A stretch of 64,000 bases of DNA. Source: a virus. The notes under the pieces are model-generated. The model saw only the letters and a program-made list of their open reading frames with translations, ran no database searches and was not told the DNA's origin. Of this stretch, positions 28,936 to 38,849 are shown piece after piece (positions within the stretch are counted from its first letter, which is position 1; each line of letters starts with the position of its first letter). A program made the position numbers and the translations under genes. The stretch spans positions 32,001 through 96,000 of IMG/VR virus record IMGVR_UViG_3300021181_000006, one strand, 5' to 3'.

Positions 28936-31900
28936 ATGGACTTTCAAGAGCTATTTCGTCAGATTCCTGATACATCTCGTTTTATCGAACAATTGTTAGG
29001 TGAAGCAGGATGTGGTCAGATCAAGCATAAGGGCGATGAAATATCTGCGACGTGTCCCAGTGGTACGCATGCAGATCAGCACCCAAGCTTTAGTGTGAAT
29101 GTACGAGAACCAAACTCGTTATTTAATTGCTTTGCATGCGATTTTACCGGTAATCTTATTACTCTGGTGCAGCATATTCGTCATTGTGATGGTAAGACAG
29201 CCGTATCGCTTATCTGTAAAGAGTTCGATATCGTTGATGATACCAACCGTCATGGCGTCGCTAAGCCAGTCCAGACCATTCGACAAGATGAAGTCGATAT
29301 GTTTTATCGTACTCTTCGTTCATCAAAGTGCGCACATATCAGAAAGCGTATTGAAGAGGAATGGGGTATCGAAGACCAGAATGTTCTTGATGATCTTGAG
29401 ATCGGCTACAGTGATAAGAGAGAACGTCTCTCTATTCCTGTACGCGATGCTGATAGCGCAATCAAGAACATCCGATTCTATAGTTTCGATAACAAAGACG
29501 CTAAGATGATTAGCTATTTCACTGGCAGTGGTGAGAATAGATTATTTCCTTACAAGAATCTGACGCATGAGGAAATCTGGCTCTGCGAAGGTGAGAAAGA
29601 CGCTATTGTAGGTATCTCTCATGGCCTGAACTGTGTGACTATGACCGCTGGGGCCATGTCATGGAATCCAAGCTTTAACGAGTTATTTACTAAGAAAATA
29701 GTCAATATTGTATTCGATGTAGACCGTGCTGGCCAAGAAGGTGCTACGATTATTCTCAACGAACTGAAAGAGTTCGCTGCTGAAGTGCGTATTATTAGCT
29801 TGCCAGTCACTAAGCCTAAGAAGGACTTGACTGACTTCTTTGTGTATTCTGGTGGTTCTTCGGAACAGCTGAAGAAGCTCCGAGACACCACCCCTATTCA
29901 TACGACAGAAACTCAAGAGACACCTGTTGAGATTGATTCATCGAAGATCACGAAGGTGAGCTTAGCGGCATCATCAAATGCTGAGTATTTCCATCAAATG
30001 CTTGAAACCAAAGCAGTAGTTATTGGTAAGTTAGAGTCACCATATCAAGCCTCTAAGGAAGTCAGTTGTAAATGCCAGATGACTACGGCCATTCCAGCAT
30101 GTAAAAACTGTCCACTCAAGAGTCCTGGTGGATCATACCAATATACCTTTGATACTAAGCATCCAGACATGCTGAACTTTGTAGACTCGAATGAGGTATC
30201 GAGACATCGATTTATTCGAAATAAGATTAAATATCCAGAGAAGTGTCGTGTCGATATCGAGGATGTCTCAATCCAGAACATCGTTGAACTGTTTCTTGCC
30301 CCAGATATCGATACAATGACCGCATCTGCAGATAATCAGAAGTTTTCGAATGCTAAGCGTACTGGATATCTCATTGGTGATGATATTGAAGCGAATCAGT
30401 CCTATGTGATTCGTGGATATGCAACACCTATGCCGAGCAATGGTTCATCAGTATTCGTCATCTTGGAGCATGAACCTATCCAAGATGATATTAATGCATT
30501 CCGTATGTCATCCACCATCATGAAAGATTTATCGATCTTTCAGGCTGATGGCGATGAGAATAATCTTCAGGCTATCTCAAATAAGCTCAATGATATCTAC
30601 GCAGACTTTTCTGACAATGTCACTCATATGATTGGCAGACAAGAAATGCATTTCGCGGCTGATCTCTGCTACCATAGTGCGATTAACTTCTCGCTCAGTG
30701 GTATATCTCTGAAAAAGGGATGGGTAGAGATTATGATGCTTGGCGATACCCGCACCGGTAAAAATGATGTAGTAGAGGGATTAAGAAATCACTACCGTGC
30801 TGGTGAGATGGTCAACGCTGAGAACTGCTCACAAGCTGGTCTTATCGGTGGTCTGGCAACCGCTGGTAATGGTCGTCAGTTCGTGAACTGGGGACGACTT
30901 CCTGTGAATGATCGACGCTTATTAGTGCTTGATGAAGCTTCAGGTATGAGTGTCGATGTGATTTCAAAGTTGTCTCGTGTTCGTTCTGCTGGTATTGCTG
31001 AAGTGACCAAGATCAATGGTAATCAGTCTGCTATGGCACGCACACGCATGATCTGGATGGCTAATCCCAAAGATGGGAGAGTTCTGAAGGATCGTGAGTT
31101 CCCAGTAGAAGCGATTATGGGTATCATGGGTGCGACTGAAGACGTAGCTCGATTTGAGTTCGTCTGCTTTATCTCTCAAGATGATATCCCTAAGAATATC
31201 AATGTACTCTCCAAGAGACAGCGTGTACCACATAAGTATGTGAGCGAAAAATGCTCAAAACTTGTGTATTGGGCATGGTCACGTCAGCCAGAGCAGATTG
31301 AGTTTACTGATGCTGCTGAAAAGATGATTTATAAGGTAGCTGCTGATCTGACCAATCGATACGTAGAAGACGTACCGCTCATTCAGAAAGCAAACTTCCG
31401 TATTAAGTTAGCGCGTATGTCAGTAGCATTAGCTGCTCGTCTATTTAGCACTGATGCCAGCGGTGAAAAGCTCATTGTGCAAGCTCGTCATGTAGCCTAC
31501 GTTGCAGACTTTATTAATATCCATTATTCCAGTGAGGCATGTCAGTATGGTGCCTTCTCGAAACAGAAACGTGATGAGAGACAGATTAATAATGAGCAGG
31601 AGTTAAAGGATTTCTTCAATAAGCTTGAAGAGTTTGGACTACTAGAACGTTTCTGTGCTCAAATGCAGAATAGTAATGCGACAGCTTTTACTGCTGAACA
31701 GATTGGCGGTTTAACTGGAGCTGCTGATGGTAAATTTAATAAGACTGATAAACAGATTGTAGCATTCTTAGTCAGCTGTAATGCTTTAGAATCCTACTAT
31801 GGTAAATATAAGAAAACGAATGTATTTGTGTCATGGGTCAAGAAGAATGGTCCAAAGAAAGTTGGATTCAGTGCTTCAAGCCTCATGGCGAACTTAACAG

Positions 31901-31971
31901 AAGCAGAGCCTCTTACTGATGAAGAAATCAGAGCAGCAGAAGGAAAAGATGAAGATCTACGAAATAGATAA
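28936..31971 (+). CDS. DnaG-type primase fused to MCM-like AAA+ helicase
   Basis: CHC2 Zn finger CPSGTH...FNCFAC, TOPRIM CEGEKD and FDVD, Zn motif CKC...CKNC, Walker A LGDTRTGK, SQAGL, Walker B LVLDE, ARFE arginine finger. Confidence 0.85.
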   Translation: MDFQELFRQIPDTSRFIEQLLGEAGCGQIKHKGDEISATCPSGTHADQHPSFSVNVREPNSLFNCFACDFTGNLITLVQHIRHCDGKTAVSLICKEFDIVDDTNRHGVAKPVQTIRQDEVDMFYRTLRSSKCAHIRKRIEEEWGIEDQNVLDDLEIGYSDKRERLSIPVRDADSAIKNIRFYSFDNKDAKMISYFTGSGENRLFPYKNLTHEEIWLCEGEKDAIVGISHGLNCVTMTAGAMSWNPSFNELFTKKIVNIVFDVDRAGQEGATIILNELKEFAAEVRIISLPVTKPKKDLTDFFVYSGGSSEQLKKLRDTTPIHTTETQETPVEIDSSKITKVSLAASSNAEYFHQMLETKAVVIGKLESPYQASKEVSCKCQMTTAIPACKNCPLKSPGGSYQYTFDTKHPDMLNFVDSNEVSRHRFIRNKIKYPEKCRVDIEDVSIQNIVELFLAPDIDTMTASADNQKFSNAKRTGYLIGDDIEANQSYVIRGYATPMPSNGSSVFVILEHEPIQDDINAFRMSSTIMKDLSIFQADGDENNLQAISNKLNDIYADFSDNVTHMIGRQEMHFAADLCYHSAINFSLSGISLKKGWVEIMMLGDTRTGKNDVVEGLRNHYRAGEMVNAENCSQAGLIGGLATAGNGRQFVNWGRLPVNDRRLLVLDEASGMSVDVISKLSRVRSAGIAEVTKINGNQSAMARTRMIWMANPKDGRVLKDREFPVEAIMGIMGATEDVARFEFVCFISQDDIPKNINVLSKRQRVPHKYVSEKCSKLVYWAWSRQPEQIEFTDAAEKMIYKVAADLTNRYVEDVPLIQKANFRIKLARMSVALAARLFSTDASGEKLIVQARHVAYVADFINIHYSSEACQYGAFSKQKRDERQINNEQELKDFFNKLEEFGLLERFCAQMQNSNATAFTAEQIGGLTGAADGKFNKTDKQIVAFLVSCNALESYYGKYKKTNVFVSWVKKNGPKKVGFSASSLMANLTEAEPLTDEEIRAAEGKDEDLRNR

Positions 31972-32401
31972 TTTCACGTTTTGTTGGTACAATGACACTA
32001 ATGAACTCGTCGTTGAAGACCTCAACGACGAGGTCGAAAACTTTGGAATCATTACGGCGTTCTTCGAGGATATCGAAGAATACCGTAGCTCTTCTGAAGA
32101 ACGTGATGGATATGTGTTCCACTTTACTCAACCCATTGATGTAGATGTCTATATTCACCAATTGAGTAATGTTCTCGATTTTATATGTGATATTCCTGAT
32201 CTACCATTTATTACTCGTCTTCTCTTTCGATCTCTCAATCCAGAACAACAGAAGGAACTTATCGATGCTTCAAAGAGGCCGTCTAGCCCACATGTACCAT
32301 CTGCAGGCGCAGCTGAACAATCTGACATTCGAGAAGAACAGCATATCAGACGTGAACCTGCGAAACGGAAGAGCACAGACTCTCACGACTCAGTTATTTA
32401 G
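31949..32401 (+). CDS. hypothetical acidic protein
   Basis: AAGGA RBS; 3' end overlaps the dUTPase gene. Confidence 0.55.
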   Translation: MKIYEIDNFTFCWYNDTNELVVEDLNDEVENFGIITAFFEDIEEYRSSSEERDGYVFHFTQPIDVDVYIHQLSNVLDFICDIPDLPFITRLLFRSLNPEQQKELIDASKRPSSPHVPSAGAAEQSDIREEQHIRREPAKRKSTDSHDSVI

Positions 32402-33026
32402 AGATAATCTCATTACTGGATCATACTCCAATGATCTGGTATCAAACCATGTTATTAACTTTAATGACAAAAATTCTGCCATGCACTGGTGGGGTCAGCA
32501 ATATACATTGTGCGCCTTGGTTGAATTACAAGAGCTAGATGACTCTGATAGCGAGCAGAATGACATTATCGAGATTATCGATGTATGGCACTTCTTGCTC
32601 TCTATGTTCCAGGTCATGGGTATTCAGTATGAAGATTTGATTCGTATGCTTCCTGGAGATGGAGAGGATCTTGAGGAATTGTTCTATTGGAATGAGCCTC
32701 AAATTGCTCCGGGTAATGATGAGTATCAGCAAGAAGTCATTCAACATCTACGCACTGATCTCTTTAAGGTACTGACCTTATTCCCATGGAAACATTGGAG
32801 TAAAAAATCAGATTTTAATCATGCTGAAATCATTGATGCTATGTATGCAGTTCTTGGAAGTTGGGTTGATGTAGCGACATGTTGGGAGATCACTCCTGCT
32901 CGTCTCTATGAGATCTACCTCAAGAAAAACGCAGTAAATATCGATAGACAAAATTCTGGAACCTATTCCGAAGCGACAAAAGATGAATCCGATAATCAAT
33001 CCATTGATATCGGAGTTGCAGGATAA
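32265..33026 (+). CDS. dimeric all-alpha dUTPase (dUTPase_2 family)
   Basis: ELQEL, EIIDVWHF, FPWKHWSKK, YLKKNAVNIDRQ...Y motifs; AAGGA RBS before ATG 32265. Confidence 0.85.
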   Translation: MLQRGRLAHMYHLQAQLNNLTFEKNSISDVNLRNGRAQTLTTQLFRDNLITGSYSNDLVSNHVINFNDKNSAMHWWGQQYTLCALVELQELDDSDSEQNDIIEIIDVWHFLLSMFQVMGIQYEDLIRMLPGDGEDLEELFYWNEPQIAPGNDEYQQEVIQHLRTDLFKVLTLFPWKHWSKKSDFNHAEIIDAMYAVLGSWVDVATCWEITPARLYEIYLKKNAVNIDRQNSGTYSEATKDESDNQSIDIGVAG

Positions 33027-33672
33027 AGAAATAACCGAGGCTCTGCTTGGAACAAACCCTTTCGATACGAAAGTGTTTGTTCCAAGCTTAGTCAAGGTCA
33101 TTGATTTACATCCTAGTACTCCGAATAAAGACTATACCAGCAGAATACGTTTTCAGGTTGCTATGATGACACATCCATCTATCATCACAGCGGTATCACC
33201 GTACCATGCTGATTTATTAGATATAACGGTACAGACGTTACATACTTTGGTAGCGAAATGCTATTATATGACATGGCCAGACATCGATGCGTCTGTCTAT
33301 TTTATGCCAGTCGATAATTATGGTACAAAATGCATAGAGATGATAGCTGTGCTGCCTGGCCTACTGAGATACCAGTATATGACACTAAAGCTATCACATG
33401 GCCGTCTCATTGACGCGATCTTTAGTATGCTCGGAACTATTATTAAACGCAATGAACTGACATTGAATCATGAAGAGCAATCACTCGCATTTTATCTGAT
33501 TACCCAACATCATGATGATCTAAAGACCGTCTATAAAAATCATACGCTTCATATTATTCAATATATAGCTGAAATATCAAGAAGAACACTATGCCAAATG
33601 CTGCAACTGACGCAAACCCAAGCGGACTCCTCCCAGAGCGCACTGCTCAAAGGAGTACAAGCAAAGATGTAA
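32983..33672 (+). CDS. hypothetical protein
   Basis: 229 aa ORF in operon. Confidence 0.55.
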   Translation: MNPIINPLISELQDKEITEALLGTNPFDTKVFVPSLVKVIDLHPSTPNKDYTSRIRFQVAMMTHPSIITAVSPYHADLLDITVQTLHTLVAKCYYMTWPDIDASVYFMPVDNYGTKCIEMIAVLPGLLRYQYMTLKLSHGRLIDAIFSMLGTIIKRNELTLNHEEQSLAFYLITQHHDDLKTVYKNHTLHIIQYIAEISRRTLCQMLQLTQTQADSSQSALLKGVQAKM

Positions 33673-35489
33673 TGGATTTCTTTCCTTATAAAGGTGTAAG
33701 ACCTCAACAAGAGAAAGCTATTCGTGAAGCACTCGCCGCCTATGAAGCCGGTAAGCGCTTTGTTGTCCTCGAAGGTCCATGTGGTTCCGGTAAATCAGCT
33801 ATTATTAAAACATTAGCTGATTACTATGGAACTGCACATATTATTACTCCATTAAAAGTACTTCAGACACAATATATCACCGATTTTCCTGGTGAGATTG
33901 TTGATGTTCGTGGTAAGTCTAACTATGTTTGTGCATATGACGCAGCTCAGAAAGCGAATCAAACCACCATTGATGGGAAACCACATAAAGCCAGATCCTG
34001 TAACCGTGGACCCTGTACCATTAAGGGATTCACAAAAGACAAAAAACTGTGCGAAGTTGAAGAAACTATCATCAATAATGAAGTTATTTCATTTGATGAC
34101 AATACTACCGTGTTACCTGATGGTCGGATTGTGCGATATTCTGGTTGCCCATATCAGGTGGCGAAAGCGATAGCGAAGCAAGCTCCCTTCATCTGTCATA
34201 ACTTTGAGAGTTTTCTCTATCAGAATATGAATCCTAATGGTGGATGGCAGACTCGGCCATTTATGGCTATTGATGAGTGCCATAATATAGAAGGTAAAAT
34301 GCTGGCATTCATGGGGGTTAATATCCCACAGAATGCACTGATGGATGGTGATTCACTGCAAGAATGTCATTCTTTAAGTGAATTTTATGACTTCTTCTGT
34401 ATCGATAAGCCATATACCTTTGATCAGATGATGGATTACTTCGGATATGAGCAGCGCTACTTCACTAAAAAAGGAGAGCCTCTCACTCCGTATTCTATGT
34501 TTACACGTGCACGGTATCTCATGGCACGATTCCAATTCTGGAACGATCAAGATGATGGACGCCTAGCTCATGAAGCGAATGAAATAGCTGAACGTGTGTT
34601 ACGTTTAGCGAATAACTACGAATATGCCCGAGATAAAGGACGACAGTGTGAATATGTCTTTGAGCTTCGTGAAGGACGTGATTACCCCACTCTCAGTGGC
34701 CAGCCACTGTATGCTGGTCTATTTTCAAGTCACTTATTTGGACATGGAGAGAGGATTATGTTGGCGTCGGCGACGATCCTTAATCCTGAGATCTTCTGTA
34801 GAGCGATTGGCGTCTCAATGGACGAAACCGAGTTCGTGTCCCTCGCATCTGATTTCCCAGCTGAAACTCGTCCTATCAAAAAAGTATATGCTGGAAGAAT
34901 GAGCTACGCTCATAAAGAAGCAACGATGCCGAAGTTAATAGACGGTATAGATAAGATTTTATCAGTGCATAGCACTGATAAAGGCTTGATACACACTCAT
35001 ACCTTCGATATCACAAAAAAGATCATCACAGTATTACAGGCCAAGTATCCTGATCGTCTCTTAACTACTGAGTTATTTAAAGATGAACATGGTAACAGAG
35101 CTAAGGATGCCATGTTAGATTTCCATGAGAAATCTCACATACCAACAGTAATACTCGATCCAGCCTGTGATCAAGGCGTTGATCTTCCAGATGATCTCTG
35201 TCGATTCCAGATATTAGCGAAGGTTCCATATCCAAATATGAATAAATGGATGAAGGCAAAGATGGCATTACCTGGTGGTCAGGAGTGGTATACTATGCAG
35301 GCCGCTCTGAAGTTTGTTCAGAGTTATGGACGTGGTAATCGGCATAAGGCCGATCAATGTGTACATTATTTACTCGATGCTGACTTCGATAACTTTCTCA
35401 ATTCATGTCAGCGCTTCGATCTCTTGCCTCGTTGGCTCCTCGATGCGTTTGACAAACCCAAGACGGTAGTTTTAGGCAGAAAATCATGA
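33672..35489 (+). CDS. DinG/Rad3-like SF2 DNA helicase
   Basis: Q motif RPQQ, Walker A GPCGSGKS, IDECHN, LASAT, QGVDLP, QSYGRGNR; Cys cluster in the Fe-S position. Confidence 0.85.
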   Translation: MDFFPYKGVRPQQEKAIREALAAYEAGKRFVVLEGPCGSGKSAIIKTLADYYGTAHIITPLKVLQTQYITDFPGEIVDVRGKSNYVCAYDAAQKANQTTIDGKPHKARSCNRGPCTIKGFTKDKKLCEVEETIINNEVISFDDNTTVLPDGRIVRYSGCPYQVAKAIAKQAPFICHNFESFLYQNMNPNGGWQTRPFMAIDECHNIEGKMLAFMGVNIPQNALMDGDSLQECHSLSEFYDFFCIDKPYTFDQMMDYFGYEQRYFTKKGEPLTPYSMFTRARYLMARFQFWNDQDDGRLAHEANEIAERVLRLANNYEYARDKGRQCEYVFELREGRDYPTLSGQPLYAGLFSSHLFGHGERIMLASATILNPEIFCRAIGVSMDETEFVSLASDFPAETRPIKKVYAGRMSYAHKEATMPKLIDGIDKILSVHSTDKGLIHTHTFDITKKIITVLQAKYPDRLLTTELFKDEHGNRAKDAMLDFHEKSHIPTVILDPACDQGVDLPDDLCRFQILAKVPYPNMNKWMKAKMALPGGQEWYTMQAALKFVQSYGRGNRHKADQCVHYLLDADFDNFLNSCQRFDLLPRWLLDAFDKPKTVVLGRKS

Positions 35490-36616
35490 GTTTCTTTGGC
35501 GTGACGGTAGAAACCTTAGAGTCCATTACTCCCATCACCGGTGCTGACCGCATCGTGATGGGAATGCTGAAAGGCATGGACTATCAATTTATTCTTAAGA
35601 AAGGTGGCATTGCTCCTACACATCAGTGTATATTCTTTCCTATTGATTCTATCATTCCGGTTGAGCTACTGAAGTTCGTTGGTCTTGATGGTAAATTATC
35701 AGGAGGTTCCAAGAACCGAGTTAAAACTATCAAGATGAAGGGACAGATCTCTCAGGGACTGGTACTTTCTGTACCTGAAATTGAGAAATACTTACTCTCT
35801 ATCGGTAAACTGTTAGATACTTCATTAACTGATCTTACTGAGTGTCTTGGAGTGACGAAGTACGATCCTGAAATCATTGGAACCAGTCATGGTAGTAATG
35901 CTGCACGTGGTTCCATTAATCGTCCTCTGCCTGAAGATGTGCATCACTATGATATCGAAGGAACAGATCGCCATAAGGATATCATCGAAGTTCTTATGAA
36001 GACTCCGGTGTATATTACGGAGAAACTCGAAGGCATGAACTTCGCGTTAAAACGCGATCCTGAAGGTAATATCACGATCTGTAGCAGAAACCGTACCGTC
36101 TATGTTGAATCCGGTTCGATGATGAAGAGATTCTTTATGAGAATAAAGAATCTCTTCAAGAAACGTATCGTATCACAGCATGAACAGGCTATTCGTAATA
36201 GCGGACTTATAGAAGCTATTCATACATTGGCTGCGACATGTCACCCATATGATACGATTATATTCCGTGGTGAAGTCCTCGGACCACAAGTACAGAATAA
36301 TATTTATCATTTAGATAAACTCCGTGGCGTCGTATTCGATATCCAAATGGGTGGAGAATACCTCTCTGTCGAGCCATTCTTACGCTATGCAGCAGAACTT
36401 GGACTCAGTACTCCTCCTATGCTCTGGTGTGATGACACGTTAGAGAAGTTTCTTGGATATAAAACCATTGCTGAAATGAGCGATGGTATATCCAAACTCT
36501 TTGAGACGAAAAGAGAGGGTATTGTCATCAAGCCCATGGTTGAAGAGACATGCAAAATTGGTCGCATGTTCCTGAAGAAAAGATCGCCAGAGTATTTAAA
36601 CGAAAGCGATCTGTAA
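35486..36616 (+). CDS. ATP-dependent RNA ligase (DRB0094/Rnl5-like)
   Basis: N-terminal ITPITGADRI OB domain, motif I TEKLEG, FRGE, VFDI, REGIVIKP. Confidence 0.85.
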   Translation: MSFFGVTVETLESITPITGADRIVMGMLKGMDYQFILKKGGIAPTHQCIFFPIDSIIPVELLKFVGLDGKLSGGSKNRVKTIKMKGQISQGLVLSVPEIEKYLLSIGKLLDTSLTDLTECLGVTKYDPEIIGTSHGSNAARGSINRPLPEDVHHYDIEGTDRHKDIIEVLMKTPVYITEKLEGMNFALKRDPEGNITICSRNRTVYVESGSMMKRFFMRIKNLFKKRIVSQHEQAIRNSGLIEAIHTLAATCHPYDTIIFRGEVLGPQVQNNIYHLDKLRGVVFDIQMGGEYLSVEPFLRYAAELGLSTPPMLWCDDTLEKFLGYKTIAEMSDGISKLFETKREGIVIKPMVEETCKIGRMFLKKRSPEYLNESDL

Positions 36617-36620
36617 CTCC

Positions 36621-36668
36621 TCATCGGTCTTATCCACCTATAAGGTGAGTAAGACCGATGATTTTTTT
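36621..36668 (+). terminator. intrinsic terminator
   Basis: 12-bp arms TCATCGGTCTTA/TAAGACCGATGA followed by T7. Confidence 0.75.
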
Positions 36669-36680
36669 GGTATAAAACTC
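36669..36680 (+). promoter_or_regulatory. GGTATAA motif (candidate phage promoter)
   Basis: GGTATAAAACTC, identical 12-mer at 62884; the core recurs upstream of several genes. Confidence 0.5.
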
Positions 36681-36727
36681 GTACTCAGTAGTTGTACAAC
36701 TACGTATTCACTCCTAGCTAGGATGTT

Positions 36728-37633
36728 ATGTCATCTCTCGTTATTAACGTTGGTGCTCAAGTCACTACGGCACGTGGGCAGAGTCTCACGATTACTATTG
36801 TTTCTAATGGTCGTTTTGGTGTTCGTGAAGTTGGTGGTAGAGCCCATTTCTGGAATGCATCAGGAACTGCTACTTCAGAGCGTACTTTAAACGCTTATGG
36901 CCATATCGTAGCTTCAGTTCCTGCAGCTGCCGATGAGGCAGCCACCGTAGCAGCACCTCGTCCCGCTTATCGCCAGCTCCCCGCCGTTGATATCGATGGT
37001 ATCATCGGCAAGATGGCTGCCGCCTGTGCTAGCGCTAACAAGTTCAAGGCTAAGGGCTATCAGCTCGTTCACGCTCTGCTCGCAGGTCGTGAAACCGTGA
37101 ATGCGTTTGATGTATGGGCGATGTCAGAACTCAGTCTCGATGAGAAGAAGTGGATTCTGCAGTCAACCCATGGCACTCGTTTCTTGCCTGAAACTTTTAG
37201 ACTCACTTCATGGGACAATTTTGTACGTGATCTCGCTCTTTGGCAGGATGCTACTACCTTAGTTATAACTCAAGGTCACTATTATCGCTGTAGTGATGGC
37301 AAGATTATCTTCATGAAGACTCAGCGTTCCGCCCAAGTTCTCTTAGGCACCGATACCCTGCAGTACAATCTCTCCATTGAGCATGATGGTAGCATTGGTT
37401 CGCGCTCATTCCGCGTAACCGAGGATTTGGGTACATCGTACCGAGAGGCCAGACCGCAGAATGGTCAGATCTATAAGTATATCACCGGCGGTCATATCAG
37501 AGTGATCATGGGTGACTATCTGGTCGATCCCACCAATGGATGTCGTGATGCTTGGAATACCCATCTGATTCATTATGATTTCGTCGGTAATCTTCCATCT
37601 TTTGGCATCCTCAAGGAACAGCTCGCTAAGTAA
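36728..37633 (+). CDS. hypothetical protein with one copy of a local repeat domain
   Basis: 301 aa; AC...Y.LV..L..G...DV...W segment shared with the next ORF. Confidence 0.75.
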   Translation: MSSLVINVGAQVTTARGQSLTITIVSNGRFGVREVGGRAHFWNASGTATSERTLNAYGHIVASVPAAADEAATVAAPRPAYRQLPAVDIDGIIGKMAAACASANKFKAKGYQLVHALLAGRETVNAFDVWAMSELSLDEKKWILQSTHGTRFLPETFRLTSWDNFVRDLALWQDATTLVITQGHYYRCSDGKIIFMKTQRSAQVLLGTDTLQYNLSIEHDGSIGSRSFRVTEDLGTSYREARPQNGQIYKYITGGHIRVIMGDYLVDPTNGCRDAWNTHLIHYDFVGNLPSFGILKEQLAK

Positions 37634-37635
37634 TC

Positions 37636-38682
37636 ATGGCTAAGAAGATCATTCAAACCACTCCAGCGGAAGCTGGAGTGGTTTTACCTAAAGCAACTAT
37701 TCGTAATGTTATCAACGCTCTTGAGACTGCCTGTGGTCGTGGAGATCGCTATAAAGCTGATGAGTATCATCTACTGCATATTATGTTCGGTTTAAAGACA
37801 GAACTCAATGCGTTAGAGATATTAGGCATGAATAAAGTTCCTCCCGATGATCGTACTTGGATCGTAGATACGCTTCGTGAGACTCTTATTCCTGAACAAT
37901 ACAGGAATAGTCTTGATAGTGAGATTTTCGAAGACTTATTCCGATGTAATAATGTCGCTTATTGCACAAAGATCTTCACTCGATTCCAAAATGGCGATAA
38001 GATCAATCTGCCTAGCCAAGGCGATATCTGGGATATGGATGGCGAAAAAGTATTGGTCATTCATGATGACATCGGTAATGATGGTGAAGATCAAGTCCTC
38101 CTCTTCGGTGATTTTATGTTATCCGATTATCGTATCGTCGATCTTGCCTTCACAGGTCATCGTATTGGTCATATTAGTGACCATTCTGTTCCAGATGGTG
38201 ATATCACCGAGCAGTCTCTCGCGTCTTACTCCTTCGGTGAGCTGAAATACCATATTCGAGAAGCATGTGATCGTGGTATTCCTTATCGCAAGAATAACTA
38301 CGCTTTAGTACGTCAGCTCATGAATGGTCGCAAAACCATCACAGTACTTGATGTACTCAAGCTGCGTATTCCTGTCGAAGACATGCATTGGATCATCCAT
38401 CAGGTTGAGATGGCTGATATTTCAGGCTATAGTATCGACTGCAAGGCAGATCTGGTTCAAGCGGTTGAAGAATCAATCGAGAAAGATACTCCTGATGCCG
38501 CCAATGGGCAGATCTGGGAGTGGGCTGATAACATCTACTTGATGATCGATTCTGACTCTGATACTGTCATCAATCTCGAAACTGGTGAGATGGATACGTG
38601 CTTCGATATCTCTGATGCTGAATATGGCAGTACGCTGACAGCTAAACAATTGGCAGAGTGGAAAGATAGGTTCCAGGCGTAA
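37636..38682 (+). CDS. hypothetical protein with two tandem repeat units
   Basis: 348 aa; two copies of the shared domain. Confidence 0.75.
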   Translation: MAKKIIQTTPAEAGVVLPKATIRNVINALETACGRGDRYKADEYHLLHIMFGLKTELNALEILGMNKVPPDDRTWIVDTLRETLIPEQYRNSLDSEIFEDLFRCNNVAYCTKIFTRFQNGDKINLPSQGDIWDMDGEKVLVIHDDIGNDGEDQVLLFGDFMLSDYRIVDLAFTGHRIGHISDHSVPDGDITEQSLASYSFGELKYHIREACDRGIPYRKNNYALVRQLMNGRKTITVLDVLKLRIPVEDMHWIIHQVEMADISGYSIDCKADLVQAVEESIEKDTPDAANGQIWEWADNIYLMIDSDSDTVINLETGEMDTCFDISDAEYGSTLTAKQLAEWKDRFQA

Positions 38683-38719
38683 TAGATATAGGTTCCTTTC
38701 AGGAATATATGTCTATTTA

Positions 38720-38744
38720 CACAGCTCTAACCGAGCTGTGTTTT
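38720..38744 (+). terminator. intrinsic terminator
   Basis: CACAGCTC-taacc-GAGCTGTG-TTTT, followed by GGTATAA at 38746. Confidence 0.65.
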
Positions 38745-38849
38745 AGGTATAAGACTAGAGACAGAGCACGAGCCCAGCCGTTCATGATGTTCATAAAACA
38801 AAGCGTCATGAATTCGTGCTCTGTCTTTTTCCACTAAAACAAGGATTTT

